This document shows, piece by piece, positions 27,805-37,255 of a stretch of 50,707 nt of DNA. The notes beneath the pieces were generated by a model. It was not told the DNA's origin and did no database searches. It worked only from the letters and a program-made list of their open reading frames with translations. Origin of the DNA: Alphaproteobacteria bacterium (GTDB lineage Bacteria > Pseudomonadota > Alphaproteobacteria > RF32 > CAG-239); contig JAHHRI010000005.1 in NCBI GenBank assembly GCA_020025875.1, forward strand, positions 1-50,707, read 5' to 3'. Position numbers and translations under genes: made by a program. Each line of letters starts with the position of its first letter. Position 1 is the first letter of the stretch.

Positions 27805-27942
27805 ACCGGAACGACGGTTTTGCCGCACCGCTTTGTCGGCAAATTGGTTTTGGCAGACAGGTGCCGCCGTTTGCCAAAATCTTTTGTGCCGATTGGCGGC
27901 GCTTTTTCCTAAAAGACTTTTTCCTAAAAAAGAACATACAAC

Positions 27943-27970
27943 AAAAGCCTTGGCATCTGCCAAGGCTTTT
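27943..27970. terminator. Bidirectional hairpin between the deacetylase gene and tRNA-Leu.
   Basis: AAAAGCCTTGG-catctg-CCAAGGCTTTT, with T-rich flanks on both strands. Confidence 0.6.
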
Positions 27971-27974
27971 TAAG

Positions 27975-28060
27975 TGGTAGGGGTAGTCAGACTCGAACTG
28001 ACACTCCCTGAGGGAACAAGATTTTGAGTCTAGCGCGTCTACCAATTCCGCCATACCCCC
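27975..28060 (-). tRNA. tRNA-Leu(CAA), type II with a long variable arm and an encoded CCA.
   Basis: Reverse complement: GGGGGTATGGCGGAATTGGTAGACGCGCTAGACTCAAAATCTTGTTCCCTCAGGGAGTGTCAGTTCGAGTCTGACTACCCCTACCA. T arm GTCAG-TTCGAGT-CTGAC and anticodon loop CTCAAAA. There is one U-U mismatch in the anticodon stem and a G1-U72 pair. Confidence 0.85.
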
Positions 28061-28137
28061 GTAAAACAATCAACAAATAACCGATAATTTTATAATCGTC
28101 AACATTTTTTTTACTAAGATTGTTTATTTTGTGATAT

Positions 28138-29673
28138 GTGGATAAACATCAACGGAGGACGGTTGTGCAAAAAGCGGAAGAAAAGGCGGTTGCCTACTAT
28201 CGGAGCGGGAAATTTTCGGCGGCGCTTCGTTCTTTTTTGAACGTTTTGGCAGAAGATCCGAAACGTGAGGACATTCTTATCTATATTGCCAACTGTTATG
28301 ACGGATTGGGGCAGAAAGAAGATGCCGCGGTTTATTACCGCAAAGCACTTCAGGCCAACAAGCGCTCGGACGTTGCTGCCGCCAATTTGTCGATTATCCG
28401 TTACGAACTGCAAGATTATGCGCAAGCCAAAGCCGCTGCCGAACGGGCGCTTAAAATTAATCCGCGGAATGTGTCGGCTCTTTCGGTGATGGGCAATTTG
28501 CGTTACCGTAAAAAAGATTTTGGCGGAGCGCTGAAGTTTTATCAACAGGCCATGGATGTGGAACGCTACTTTTATACGGCGGTTTTCAATGCCGCCTCCG
28601 TCTATTTTGAGCGCAACGATTTTAACACGGCCTATTTTTATGCAAAACGTGCCGTAAAGTCGCGTCCGAATGCTCTTGAGGCGCAGCATTTGTTGGCTTG
28701 CACCTGTGTTGAACTAGGGCATTGTGACGAGGCTATTTTGATTTTGTCGGCGTTGTATCGGAAAAATCCTCAAGATGACTGGCTGTGCAATCTGCTTTCG
28801 CAAACGTTGCAACAAAAAAAGGAATATGATCGGGCTCTGGAAATGGGCTGGCGTGCGGTGGTGTTGTCTAAGGGAAACAATGACCAGCATATTAATTTTG
28901 GCTATTTGCTGTATGAAGTTGCGGTCGAAAGTCCAAGTACCGATGTTTTGTCTTATGCCCGCCGCTGGCAGCAGGAATATCCCGATAACCCGATTGTTAA
29001 ACATATGAGCGGAGCCATGCTCAACGCCGGCCATGTCAGCCAAATTAACAGCGCCTATGTGCGCAAGATTTTTGATGTTTTTGCCGATGACTTCGATAGC
29101 GTTCTCGGCAGTTTGGACTATGCGGTGCCAAGCCTGATGGCCAGAGCTTTGGAGGCTTTGGCGCAAAATGTCAAGCTGAAAAAAATGAAGATTCTGGATG
29201 CCGGTTGCGGTACGGGCTTGTGCGGAACTTATTTGAAAAAATATGCAAAATTTCGCGGATTGGACGGTGTGGATTTGTCGGAAAATATGCTGGCGGTTGC
29301 CCGTCGCAAAAAGCTCTATACGCATCTTTACAATCGAGATTTAAGCGAGTTTTTGTCTTGTCACGAAAACAGCTACGACCTGATCAACGCTGCCGATGTT
29401 TTTACCTATTTCGGCGAGTTGGGCAGCGTTTTTGTTTTGATGTTTGAGGCTCTCAAGTCGGGAGGTCGGGTTTTGTTCAGCATCAGCGAAAACGATCATA
29501 ACCAAGATGACTATTTTCTCCATCTGTCGGGGCGTTTTTTGCACCGAAAAACATATGTCGAAGAAGGGTTGAAAAAGCGCGGTTTTATCCTTGAAAAACT
29601 AAATCGGGTCAAACTTCGCAACGAAGGAGAAACGGAAGTTTGGGGCTGGATTGTCATGGCGCGCAAACCTTAA
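28138..29673 (+). CDS. TPR-repeat protein fused to a class I SAM-dependent methyltransferase.
   Basis: N-terminal TPR units (YYRKALQANK, AERALKINPRN) and C-terminal motif I ILDAGCGTGLCG. The start is more likely GTG 28165 (GGAGG 6 nt upstream) than 28138. Confidence 0.75.
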   Translation: MDKHQRRTVVQKAEEKAVAYYRSGKFSAALRSFLNVLAEDPKREDILIYIANCYDGLGQKEDAAVYYRKALQANKRSDVAAANLSIIRYELQDYAQAKAAAERALKINPRNVSALSVMGNLRYRKKDFGGALKFYQQAMDVERYFYTAVFNAASVYFERNDFNTAYFYAKRAVKSRPNALEAQHLLACTCVELGHCDEAILILSALYRKNPQDDWLCNLLSQTLQQKKEYDRALEMGWRAVVLSKGNNDQHINFGYLLYEVAVESPSTDVLSYARRWQQEYPDNPIVKHMSGAMLNAGHVSQINSAYVRKIFDVFADDFDSVLGSLDYAVPSLMARALEALAQNVKLKKMKILDAGCGTGLCGTYLKKYAKFRGLDGVDLSENMLAVARRKKLYTHLYNRDLSEFLSCHENSYDLINAADVFTYFGELGSVFVLMFEALKSGGRVLFSISENDHNQDDYFLHLSGRFLHRKTYVEEGLKKRGFILEKLNRVKLRNEGETEVWGWIVMARKP

Positions 29674-29688
29674 GCGAAAGGACAAATA

Positions 29689-29716
29689 AAAACCTCTCTT
29701 AAAGAGAGGTTTTTTA
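29689..29716. terminator. Bidirectional rho-independent terminator.
   Basis: AACCTCTC-ttaaa-GAGAGGTT, flanked by an A-run upstream and a T-run downstream. Confidence 0.75.
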
Positions 29717-29734
29717 GCTTGAAAGCGTCCTAAA

Positions 29735-29959
29735 TTAAACTGATTTTTTAACAGTTTTTTTCGGGGCGGCTTTTTTTGCGGAAGCAGATTTGCAGGAAGC
29801 GGATTTGGCAGAGGCAGCCTTCTGGCAGCAGCATTTGCCGCTGTTGAGCTGTTCAACGGCCATCATCCAAAATTTTTCATCCTGACCCTGCGGACATCCG
29901 GCATTTTGCCAGATGTAGTAGGCTGCTTCTCTGATAGCGTTTTCATTATAATTTACCAT
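29735..29959 (-). CDS. DUF2934-type small protein with a Lys/Ala-rich tail.
   Basis: IREAAYYIWQNAGCPQGQDEKFWMMA matches the DUF2934 signature as I recall it. The tail is SAKSASCKSASAKKAAPKKTVKK. Confidence 0.6.
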   Translation of the reverse strand: MVNYNENAIREAAYYIWQNAGCPQGQDEKFWMMAVEQLNSGKCCCQKAASAKSASCKSASAKKAAPKKTVKKSV

Positions 29960-30107
29960 CACTTACTCCAAATAAAAAAGTTTGGTTAACACCCTCTAAT
30001 ATACATACAAAATTTTATCCGTCAATATGTAATCTCATATAAAATCAATAATTAACCGGCAATATAACATTTTAACCAAATAAAAATGTATTTGTGGTGT
30101 AATTTAC

Positions 30108-30136
30108 TTGCAATTCTATAGATAAGAAACTATAGA
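30108..30136 (+). promoter_or_regulatory. Candidate glgB promoter TTGCAA-17-TATAGA, overlapping a CTATAGATA direct repeat.
   Basis: Read directly from the sequence. CTATAGATA occurs at 30116 and 30130. Confidence 0.35.
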
Positions 30137-30185
30137 TAGATTTAAAGAGCCACGCTTTTTTAAGTTCAAATTTAGAGGTTATTAT

Positions 30186-32384
30186 ATGGAAAATTTATTA
30201 TCCGACGCAGAGAAAAAGGCAGTTATCAACGGCGACCACGGCAATATTTTTGCCGTGCTCGGCATACATCGTGACAAGGGCAGCAAAAACGTGTTTATCC
30301 GTGCTTTCCAACCACACGCCAAATCGATTGAGGTTTTGGGGAGTGACGGCGTTTCCCGCGGACAGATGAAACGTCTGGACGAAGCCGGTTTTTTCCAGCT
30401 CAATCTCGGCGCGGGTGACAATTTTTCCTATCGTTTCAAAATTGAAAATGACCGTGGAGAATTTTATGAGGCGGAAGACATCTACCGTTTTCGCCCGACC
30501 TTGGGCGATATAGACATCTATCTTTTAGGAGAGGGCAACCATCTGGAAATGTATAAGAAGTTGGGGGCTCATGTTTGCGAACAAGACGGTGTCAAAGGCG
30601 TTAGTTTTGCCGTTTGGGCGCCCAACGCCAAACGTGTTTCGGTGGTGGGCAATTTCAATAATTGGGACGGGCGCACTTGCGTGATGCGCAAATATCCGTC
30701 TTGCGGCGTATGGGATATTTTTATCCCCGGTTTGAGCGAGGGCGAGGTTTATAAATATGAAATTAAAACCCCTCAGGACTATATCCTGACCAAATCCGAC
30801 CCCGTCGGTTTTTATGCTGAGATGCGCCCGCACAATGCCTCAATCGTCTATAACCTCAATCGGTATCATTGGCATGATGAAGAATGGATGTCGCACCCCG
30901 ACCGCCACAGCCGTCTTGCCGGACCGATGTCCATTTATGAAGTGCACGCCGGATCGTGGCGACGCAAGGGCGAAAACGGCAGCGAATATTTAACATACCG
31001 CGAAATGGCAGACACTTTAGTGCCCTATGTGGTCAATATGGGTTTTACCCATGTCGAATTTTTGCCGTTGACCGAACATCCGCTTGATGCTTCTTGGGGC
31101 TATCAGGTAGTGGGTATGTTTGCGCCTACCAGCCGTTTCGGCACGCCGGACGATTTGCGTTATCTGATTGATAAATTCCATCAGTCGGGGATTGCGGTGA
31201 TTATGGACTGGGTTCCCGCCCATTTTCCGAAAGACGGGCATGGCCTGTGCGAATTTGACGGCACCCATTTGTATGAACATGCCGATCCGCGCAAAGGCGA
31301 ACATAAGGATTGGGGAACAAAAATTTACAACTATGGCCGCACCGAGGTTTTTAACTATCTGTGCAGCAACGCGCTCTATTGGTTGAAAGAATATCATATC
31401 GACGGCTTGCGGGTAGATGCCGTTGCCTCCATGCTGTATCTGGACTATTCGCGCAACTCCGGCGAATGGATACCCAACATCTACGGCGGCAACGAGAATT
31501 TGGAGGCCATTGCTTTCCTGCGGCGGATGAATGAATTGGTCTACGGGCTCAATCAGGGGGCTTGCACCTGCGCCGAAGAGTCAACGGCATGGCCCATGGT
31601 TTCCCGTCCGACATCTATGGGCGGTCTGGGCTTTGGATATAAATGGAACATGGGCTGGATGAATGACACTTTGAAATACATTGCCAAAGATCCGATCTAT
31701 CGTCAGTATCATCACGGTATGTTGACATTTGGTTTGTTGTATGCTTTTAACGAAAATTTTATTCTGCCTATTTCTCATGATGAGGTTGTCCACGGCAAAG
31801 GTTCAATGTTGTGCAAAATGCCCGGTGACGAATGGCAAAAGTTTGCCAATCTGCGCGCCTACTATGGCTTTATGTATACGCACCCAGGGAAAAAGCTGCT
31901 GTTCATGGGCTGCGATTTCGGTCAGGATTGGGAATGGAATTATGACGAAAGTTTGCGCTGGCATCTGCTGGATTATCCGATGTACAAAGGTATGCAAAAT
32001 TGTGTGCGCGACCTCAACCTGATGTATAAGGGAAATGCCCCGCTTTATGAAGTGGATTTTGATTATCGGGGTTTTGAATGGCTGGATCACGCCAACGCTA
32101 CCGACAGCGTTATTTCCTATATCCGCAAAGGCGAAACGGCAGGAGATTATTTGATTGTTATCTGCAACTTTACGCCTGTTGTGCGCGAAAATTATCGGGT
32201 GGGTGTGCCGGAAAACTGCGGCTATCAGGAAATATTCAACAGTGATGACAAAAGCTACTGGGGCAGCGGTGTCAAAAATGACGGCGTCCGCCATGCCGAA
32301 CGGCAGGATTGGAACGGCAAACCCTATTCGATTAAGCTTACGCTGCCGGCGTTGTCAACCATTGTCGTCAAGCCGGTGCGATAG
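30186..32384 (+). CDS. glgB: 1,4-alpha-glucan branching enzyme.
   Basis: GH13 branching-enzyme collinearity over 732 aa (GFTHVEFLP, DGLRVDAVASMLY, ISHDEVVHGK). Confidence 0.95.
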   Translation: MENLLSDAEKKAVINGDHGNIFAVLGIHRDKGSKNVFIRAFQPHAKSIEVLGSDGVSRGQMKRLDEAGFFQLNLGAGDNFSYRFKIENDRGEFYEAEDIYRFRPTLGDIDIYLLGEGNHLEMYKKLGAHVCEQDGVKGVSFAVWAPNAKRVSVVGNFNNWDGRTCVMRKYPSCGVWDIFIPGLSEGEVYKYEIKTPQDYILTKSDPVGFYAEMRPHNASIVYNLNRYHWHDEEWMSHPDRHSRLAGPMSIYEVHAGSWRRKGENGSEYLTYREMADTLVPYVVNMGFTHVEFLPLTEHPLDASWGYQVVGMFAPTSRFGTPDDLRYLIDKFHQSGIAVIMDWVPAHFPKDGHGLCEFDGTHLYEHADPRKGEHKDWGTKIYNYGRTEVFNYLCSNALYWLKEYHIDGLRVDAVASMLYLDYSRNSGEWIPNIYGGNENLEAIAFLRRMNELVYGLNQGACTCAEESTAWPMVSRPTSMGGLGFGYKWNMGWMNDTLKYIAKDPIYRQYHHGMLTFGLLYAFNENFILPISHDEVVHGKGSMLCKMPGDEWQKFANLRAYYGFMYTHPGKKLLFMGCDFGQDWEWNYDESLRWHLLDYPMYKGMQNCVRDLNLMYKGNAPLYEVDFDYRGFEWLDHANATDSVISYIRKGETAGDYLIVICNFTPVVRENYRVGVPENCGYQEIFNSDDKSYWGSGVKNDGVRHAERQDWNGKPYSIKLTLPALSTIVVKPVR

Positions 32385-32411
32385 CATATGAAAGAGCCGG
32401 GAGAAGAAACG

Positions 32412-34487
32412 ATGAACAGTTTTAAAATACAACCGGGAACGCCTTATCCGCTGGGCTCTCACTATGATGGCAAAGGGGTTAACTTTGCTTTGTTTTCCGC
32501 GCACGCCACCAAAGTGGAGTTGTGTTTGTTTAACCAAAACGGCACCGAAGAAGTTTCGCGTATTGCCATTACCGTCAACGACAACAATATCTGGCATATA
32601 TATGTCGGCGGGATTGCCCCCGGACAGATATATGGTTATCGTGTATACGGTCCCTATAAGCCCGAAGACGGGCACCGTTTTAACCCAAACAAGCTGTTGT
32701 TTGATCCTTACGGCAAAAAACTGAGCGGAAAACTGATTTGGCATAAAGCAATTTTCGGTTATAATCCGGACAGTCCGGACAAAGATCTTTCTTTTAACGA
32801 ATTGGACAGCGCGCCCTATGTGCCTAAATCGGTCGTGGTTGAAAACGATTTTGATTGGGAGAAAGACAACCGCCCCGCTTACGGCTTTAACGAAAGTATT
32901 TTTTACGAAACCCATGTTCGCGGTTATACCAAACTGCACCCGCAAGTTCCTGATCGGCACCGAGGCACCTTTCTCGGTCTTTGTGCGCCGGCGGTGATTG
33001 CTTATTTGAAAAAACTGGGGATTACCGCTGTGGAATTGTTACCGGTGCATGCTTTTTTCGGCAATCGGCATAAAAAAGGTTTTCTCCGCGATAATTATTG
33101 GGGGTATGAAAGTTGCAGCTTTTTTGCGCCGGAACAATCCTATTTAGCCGGTGACGATTTAAACGAGTTTAAAAAAATGGTGAAGCTTTATCACCAAAAC
33201 GGTCTGGAAGTGATTTTAGATGTTGTCTACAATCACACCGCGGAAGGCAATCAGTTGGGGCCAACGTTGTGTTATCGGGGAATAGACAACGCCTCCTACT
33301 ATATGCTCAATTCGGAAAACAAACGCTATTATTACGACAGCACCGGTTGCGGCGCATCGTTTAATGCTGAAAATCCCTATGTGTTGCAGTTGATTACGGA
33401 TTCTTTGCGCTATTGGACGGAAGAAATGCACGTCGACGGTTTTCGTTTTGATCTGGCCACCACACTCTGCCGAAAAAAAGGCGGTTTTACCACCGAAAGC
33501 GGGTTTTTATATGCCGTTCGGCAGGATCCCCTTTTAAAAAACGTCAAAATGATTGCCGAACCTTGGGATGTGGGAGAAGGTGGCTATCAGCTGGGCGCCT
33601 TTCCGCCGGGGTGGGGAGAGTGGAACGATCGTTATCGTGACGTTGTCCGGCGTTTTTGGAAAGGTGACCAATATCAGACGGCAGAACTGGCCAGCCGCAT
33701 TTCCGGCTCCAGCGACATTTTCAATTATTATAACCGCGATATTTGGAGCAGTGTCAATTTTGTTACCGCACACGATGGCTTTTGCCTGAACGACTTGGTC
33801 AGCTACAATGTTAAACACAATAGCGCCAACGGAGAAGAAAACCGTGACGGCACCAATGCTAATTGGAGCTGGAATTCCGGCGAAGAAGGAGAAACAAACG
33901 AGCCGACGGTTCTTGCCAACCGCCGCGCCCGCGCCAAAGCCATCATGGCCACTTTGCTGTTGTCGGTAGGCACGCCGATGTTGGTTGCCGGTGATGAGTT
34001 TTTGCACACCCAAATGGGGAACAACAATCCCTATTGTCAGGATAACGTGTTGACCTGGCTGCCATGGGAGGCGATTGACGGCGACGATGCCGAATTTATG
34101 GAATTTGTTTGTCGCCTGATTGCTCTGCGCCGAAACCTGAAAATTTATGAGCAGAAGCATTTTTTTACCGGCAAACACGGCGCGGACGGCATTAAAGATA
34201 TGGTCTGGTACAACGAGAACGGAAAAGAATTTGTTGATGCCGACTGGTACGACGGCAACCGCAAAGCGTTGTCATATTGCGTTTACCGCAATAATCGGTT
34301 TATTTACTGCATTTATAATGCCGCGGGCTTGGCAACAAACTGGAAGTTGCCGATGCTTGGGAAGGGTATGAAATGGAATTTGCTGTTGGATACTTCGGAC
34401 AAGTTTGTTAATCGAAAGAAAATTGTTTCCGGCAGCACGATCACCGTGCCGGACTGGAGTATTTTGTTGTTTGAAATTCAAAAATAG
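32412..34487 (+). CDS. glgX: Glycogen debranching enzyme.
   Basis: N-terminus GTPYPLGSHYDGKGVNFALFS, then YNHTAEGN, GFRFDLA, EPWD and VTAHDGF. The ORF maximum start is 32388, but 32412 has the better SD (GGGAGAAG). Confidence 0.92.
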   Translation: MNSFKIQPGTPYPLGSHYDGKGVNFALFSAHATKVELCLFNQNGTEEVSRIAITVNDNNIWHIYVGGIAPGQIYGYRVYGPYKPEDGHRFNPNKLLFDPYGKKLSGKLIWHKAIFGYNPDSPDKDLSFNELDSAPYVPKSVVVENDFDWEKDNRPAYGFNESIFYETHVRGYTKLHPQVPDRHRGTFLGLCAPAVIAYLKKLGITAVELLPVHAFFGNRHKKGFLRDNYWGYESCSFFAPEQSYLAGDDLNEFKKMVKLYHQNGLEVILDVVYNHTAEGNQLGPTLCYRGIDNASYYMLNSENKRYYYDSTGCGASFNAENPYVLQLITDSLRYWTEEMHVDGFRFDLATTLCRKKGGFTTESGFLYAVRQDPLLKNVKMIAEPWDVGEGGYQLGAFPPGWGEWNDRYRDVVRRFWKGDQYQTAELASRISGSSDIFNYYNRDIWSSVNFVTAHDGFCLNDLVSYNVKHNSANGEENRDGTNANWSWNSGEEGETNEPTVLANRRARAKAIMATLLLSVGTPMLVAGDEFLHTQMGNNNPYCQDNVLTWLPWEAIDGDDAEFMEFVCRLIALRRNLKIYEQKHFFTGKHGADGIKDMVWYNENGKEFVDADWYDGNRKALSYCVYRNNRFIYCIYNAAGLATNWKLPMLGKGMKWNLLLDTSDKFVNRKKIVSGSTITVPDWSILLFEIQK

Positions 34488-34498
34488 GGGAATATGTC

Positions 34499-36646
34499 AT
34501 GGATGAAAAACTGCGCGAATTGGCTGACCGTCTGGGAATTGCAACCACTTATACCGACAGCGGGTTAAAAGCCGCCTGTCACGAAGTCAGTGACGAAACA
34601 ATACGTTTTTTTGCCGATGTCTTGGGCTATAAGGCAGGCAACAACGAAGAAATTGCCCGATCATTGCGCCGTTTGGAAAATAGCCGTTGGCAAACGGTGT
34701 TGGAACCTGTTTACGTTATTTTGCAAAGCCGCAAGGTTTTTGAACTGGTGGCGCAAGAAAGCCAAGTAGACGATGCTTTCGCTCTTTCTCTGAGTAACCG
34801 ACAAACAGGAGAAAAGTCGGAAGTTTCTTTTGTTGTTGTCGTTCAGGCAGAAAGTCGGACGGTGGCAAGAAAGGTATATAGAAAACTTGAGATAGAGATA
34901 ACCTCCGAGGTGGCAATCGGTTATTATGACGCCGAATTGAAAATCGGCGAAAAGACATATCAGACATTGTTGGCCATTGCACCGGAAAAATGCTGGCAGC
35001 CGGATGACTGGGATAAAACGCGTTTGTGGGGCTACAGCGTGCAGCTCTATTCGCTTCGCAGCCGCCGCAACTGGGGAATTGGTGATTTTACCGATCTTTG
35101 CCGTTTTGTCGAGATTTGTAAAACAAGCGGCGCCGACATCATCGGTCTCAATCCGGTTAACGTGCTCGGCCATTGCTTTCCCGAAGAGGCCAGCCCCTAT
35201 TCTTCGGTCAGTCGCCTGTTTTTGAACCCGATCTATATTGATGTTGAAAGCGTGCCCGAATTTTGCCCCGAAGATCGTTGTCCGGCAGAAGCGGAAATTG
35301 CCGATCTTAATGCGCTGGAAATGGTAGATTATGGGCGTGTCTATCCGCTTAAGATGAAGATTTTGCAGACGCTCTACAAGCGGATGCAAAATGTGCCCGA
35401 GCGGATGAAAGCATTTGAGCGTTTTTGTCGGAGCAAGGGGGCGGATCTGGACAATTTGGCAACTTTTCAGGCTTTGTACGAAGATAAGTGGCAAGATCAT
35501 TGGGGGGGGTGGCGTGCTTGGGAAAAAGAATATCGCCAACCCAACACGGCTGCCGTCAAAAAATATCAGAAAGAGCAAGCCGACCGACTGGGCTTTTTCA
35601 AGTTTCTGCAGTTTGAGGCTGCCCGACAGCTGCAAAAGGTGACGGATTGTGTGCGCGAAGCCGGACTGAAAATCGGCATTTATCGCGATTTGCCGGTCGG
35701 TGTCGGTCGTGACAGCGCGGAAGTTTGGGGGGACGAAGCTCTGTATTTGCGAGAAAGCGGTGCAGGGGCGCCGCCGGACGCCTTTTTCCCATCCGGACAA
35801 AAGTGGAATTTGGGCGCTTTCAATCCGTTTGAACTAAAAGCCCGTGCCTATATGCCGTTTATCAAAATTATCCGCTCAGCGGCACAAGGGGCAGGGGCGC
35901 TCCGTTTGGATCATGTGATGAGCCTGATGCGCCTGTTTGTCATTCCGGAAGCAAACGGCAAGCAGGGCACCTACATTATGTATAATTTTGAAGATATGCT
36001 GGGGATTGTCGCTTTGGAGAGCCATCTCAACCGCTGTATGATTGTTGGTGAAAGCATAGGTAACGTGCCGGAAGGTTTTGTCGACAGGCTTTTCGACAAA
36101 AACATTATGTCGATGAGTGTTCTTTGGAGCGAACGTTGGCAAGCCGGTTGGGGAGATTTTAAATCACCTTATCAATATCCGGAAAATGTCGTCACTTCCA
36201 TCGGCACTCATGATATGCCACCGCTGAAAATGTGGTGGTTTGGGTACGATATTGCGCTTTCCCGAAAATTGGGGATTATCGGCAGCGATCAGGAAATGTG
36301 CGACAACTACCACAAGCGCGAAGCCGACCGCTGGAAATTGTTAAAAGTGCTGGATGAAAATCAGGTTTGGCCGGAAGACAATCGTCGTCACGGCAACTAT
36401 TTGTATGGCGAAGGCTATCCCGAAGGGTTGGAAGAAGCTGTCCACCGCTTTATGGCAAAAAGCCGCGCCAAGATTTTTTTGGTGCAGCCGGAAGATATTT
36501 TTCAAGTGGAAAAATTGCAAAATTTACCGGGGACGGATCGTGACAAACACCCCAATTGGCGGCTGAAAATGCCTGTCAATCTGGAGGATATGGAAAATAC
36601 GCTGGCATATTATCGCAATATGATCGCCATAAAAAAGGAAAGATGA
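34499..36646 (+). CDS. malQ: 4-alpha-glucanotransferase (amylomaltase), long form.
   Basis: GH77 blocks (GIGDFTDL, LNPV, GIYRDLPVGV, LRLDHVM, GTHDMPP) and 715 aa with an N-terminal extension, as in E. coli-type MalQ. Confidence 0.9.
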   Translation: MDEKLRELADRLGIATTYTDSGLKAACHEVSDETIRFFADVLGYKAGNNEEIARSLRRLENSRWQTVLEPVYVILQSRKVFELVAQESQVDDAFALSLSNRQTGEKSEVSFVVVVQAESRTVARKVYRKLEIEITSEVAIGYYDAELKIGEKTYQTLLAIAPEKCWQPDDWDKTRLWGYSVQLYSLRSRRNWGIGDFTDLCRFVEICKTSGADIIGLNPVNVLGHCFPEEASPYSSVSRLFLNPIYIDVESVPEFCPEDRCPAEAEIADLNALEMVDYGRVYPLKMKILQTLYKRMQNVPERMKAFERFCRSKGADLDNLATFQALYEDKWQDHWGGWRAWEKEYRQPNTAAVKKYQKEQADRLGFFKFLQFEAARQLQKVTDCVREAGLKIGIYRDLPVGVGRDSAEVWGDEALYLRESGAGAPPDAFFPSGQKWNLGAFNPFELKARAYMPFIKIIRSAAQGAGALRLDHVMSLMRLFVIPEANGKQGTYIMYNFEDMLGIVALESHLNRCMIVGESIGNVPEGFVDRLFDKNIMSMSVLWSERWQAGWGDFKSPYQYPENVVTSIGTHDMPPLKMWWFGYDIALSRKLGIIGSDQEMCDNYHKREADRWKLLKVLDENQVWPEDNRRHGNYLYGEGYPEGLEEAVHRFMAKSRAKIFLVQPEDIFQVEKLQNLPGTDRDKHPNWRLKMPVNLEDMENTLAYYRNMIAIKKER

Positions 36647-36693
36647 CACGGCAATAAAATCAATGCCGATACAAACAAATCGAACTGTTTGCG

Positions 36694-36990
36694 TGGCTTC
36701 ATGGCGTAACTACCCTTGCCGATACTGTCCTTACCGCCGCCCCATACCGCAACCATCCTTGCCACCGCCGTTTGGGTTGACCGTTTGTGCCACGAACCGT
36801 TGGTGGCTTCATGGCGGTAACTACCCATGCCGATACCATCCTTACTGCCGCCCCATACTGCACCATCCTTGCCGCCGCCGTTTGGGTTGACCGTTTGTGC
36901 TACGAGCCATTCGCCGCCCCTTGCCGATACCATCCTTACCGCCGCCCCATACTGCAACCATCCTTGCCACCGCCGTTTGGGTTGACCGCC
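36694..36990. repeat. About 2.7 tandem copies of a ~111-bp repeat directly after malQ.
   Basis: C(T/A)TGCCGATAC...CCGCCGCCCCATAC.GCA.CCATCCTTGCC.CCGCCGTTTGGGTTGACCG recurs at 36715, 36826 and 36920. Confidence 0.9.
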
Positions 36991-37255
36991 GTTTGCCGCT
37001 TGTGTTTAAAAAATGGGCAAAAGACAATGTTTGTTTGCACAAGGTTGATGTTTCATCAAAAATACAAATTTTTACAACCGCCGAGAGAAAAGCACTTTCT
37101 GATTTTTCGCCCCTTTTTTATACCGATTCGGCTTCCGTCAAACAGGCGGCAACAAAGGCATGGCGTTAAGCCAACCGCCTAACGCTTTCTTTGTGGCAAA
37201 ACAAACCTCTGTCATAGAGTGAAATATGGCAAAAAAAGTGCTTTTAATCAGCCAG

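Noticed and set aside
27770-28069. 99-aa minus-strand ORF (MFYGGMAELVDALDSKS...).
   Set aside because: This is the classic spurious translation of a tRNA gene. The region folds as tRNA-Leu(CAA).
34661-35800. 379-aa ORF antisense to malQ. Similar long antisense ORFs occur at 6264-6938, 10245-10937, 13634-14374, 20535-21176, 26692-27279, 28714-29325, 33534-34178, 37391-38053 and 42942-43718.
   Set aside because: Each lies wholly inside a gene with unmistakable family motifs on the other strand. Their translations are low-information (R/Q/F/I-rich) and have no recognisable domains.
36610-36957. 115-aa minus-strand Gly-rich ORF.
   Set aside because: It overlaps the malQ 3' end, and the repeat copies drift between frames through 1-nt indels. 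I treat it as a repeat or possible gene remnant rather than a CDS.
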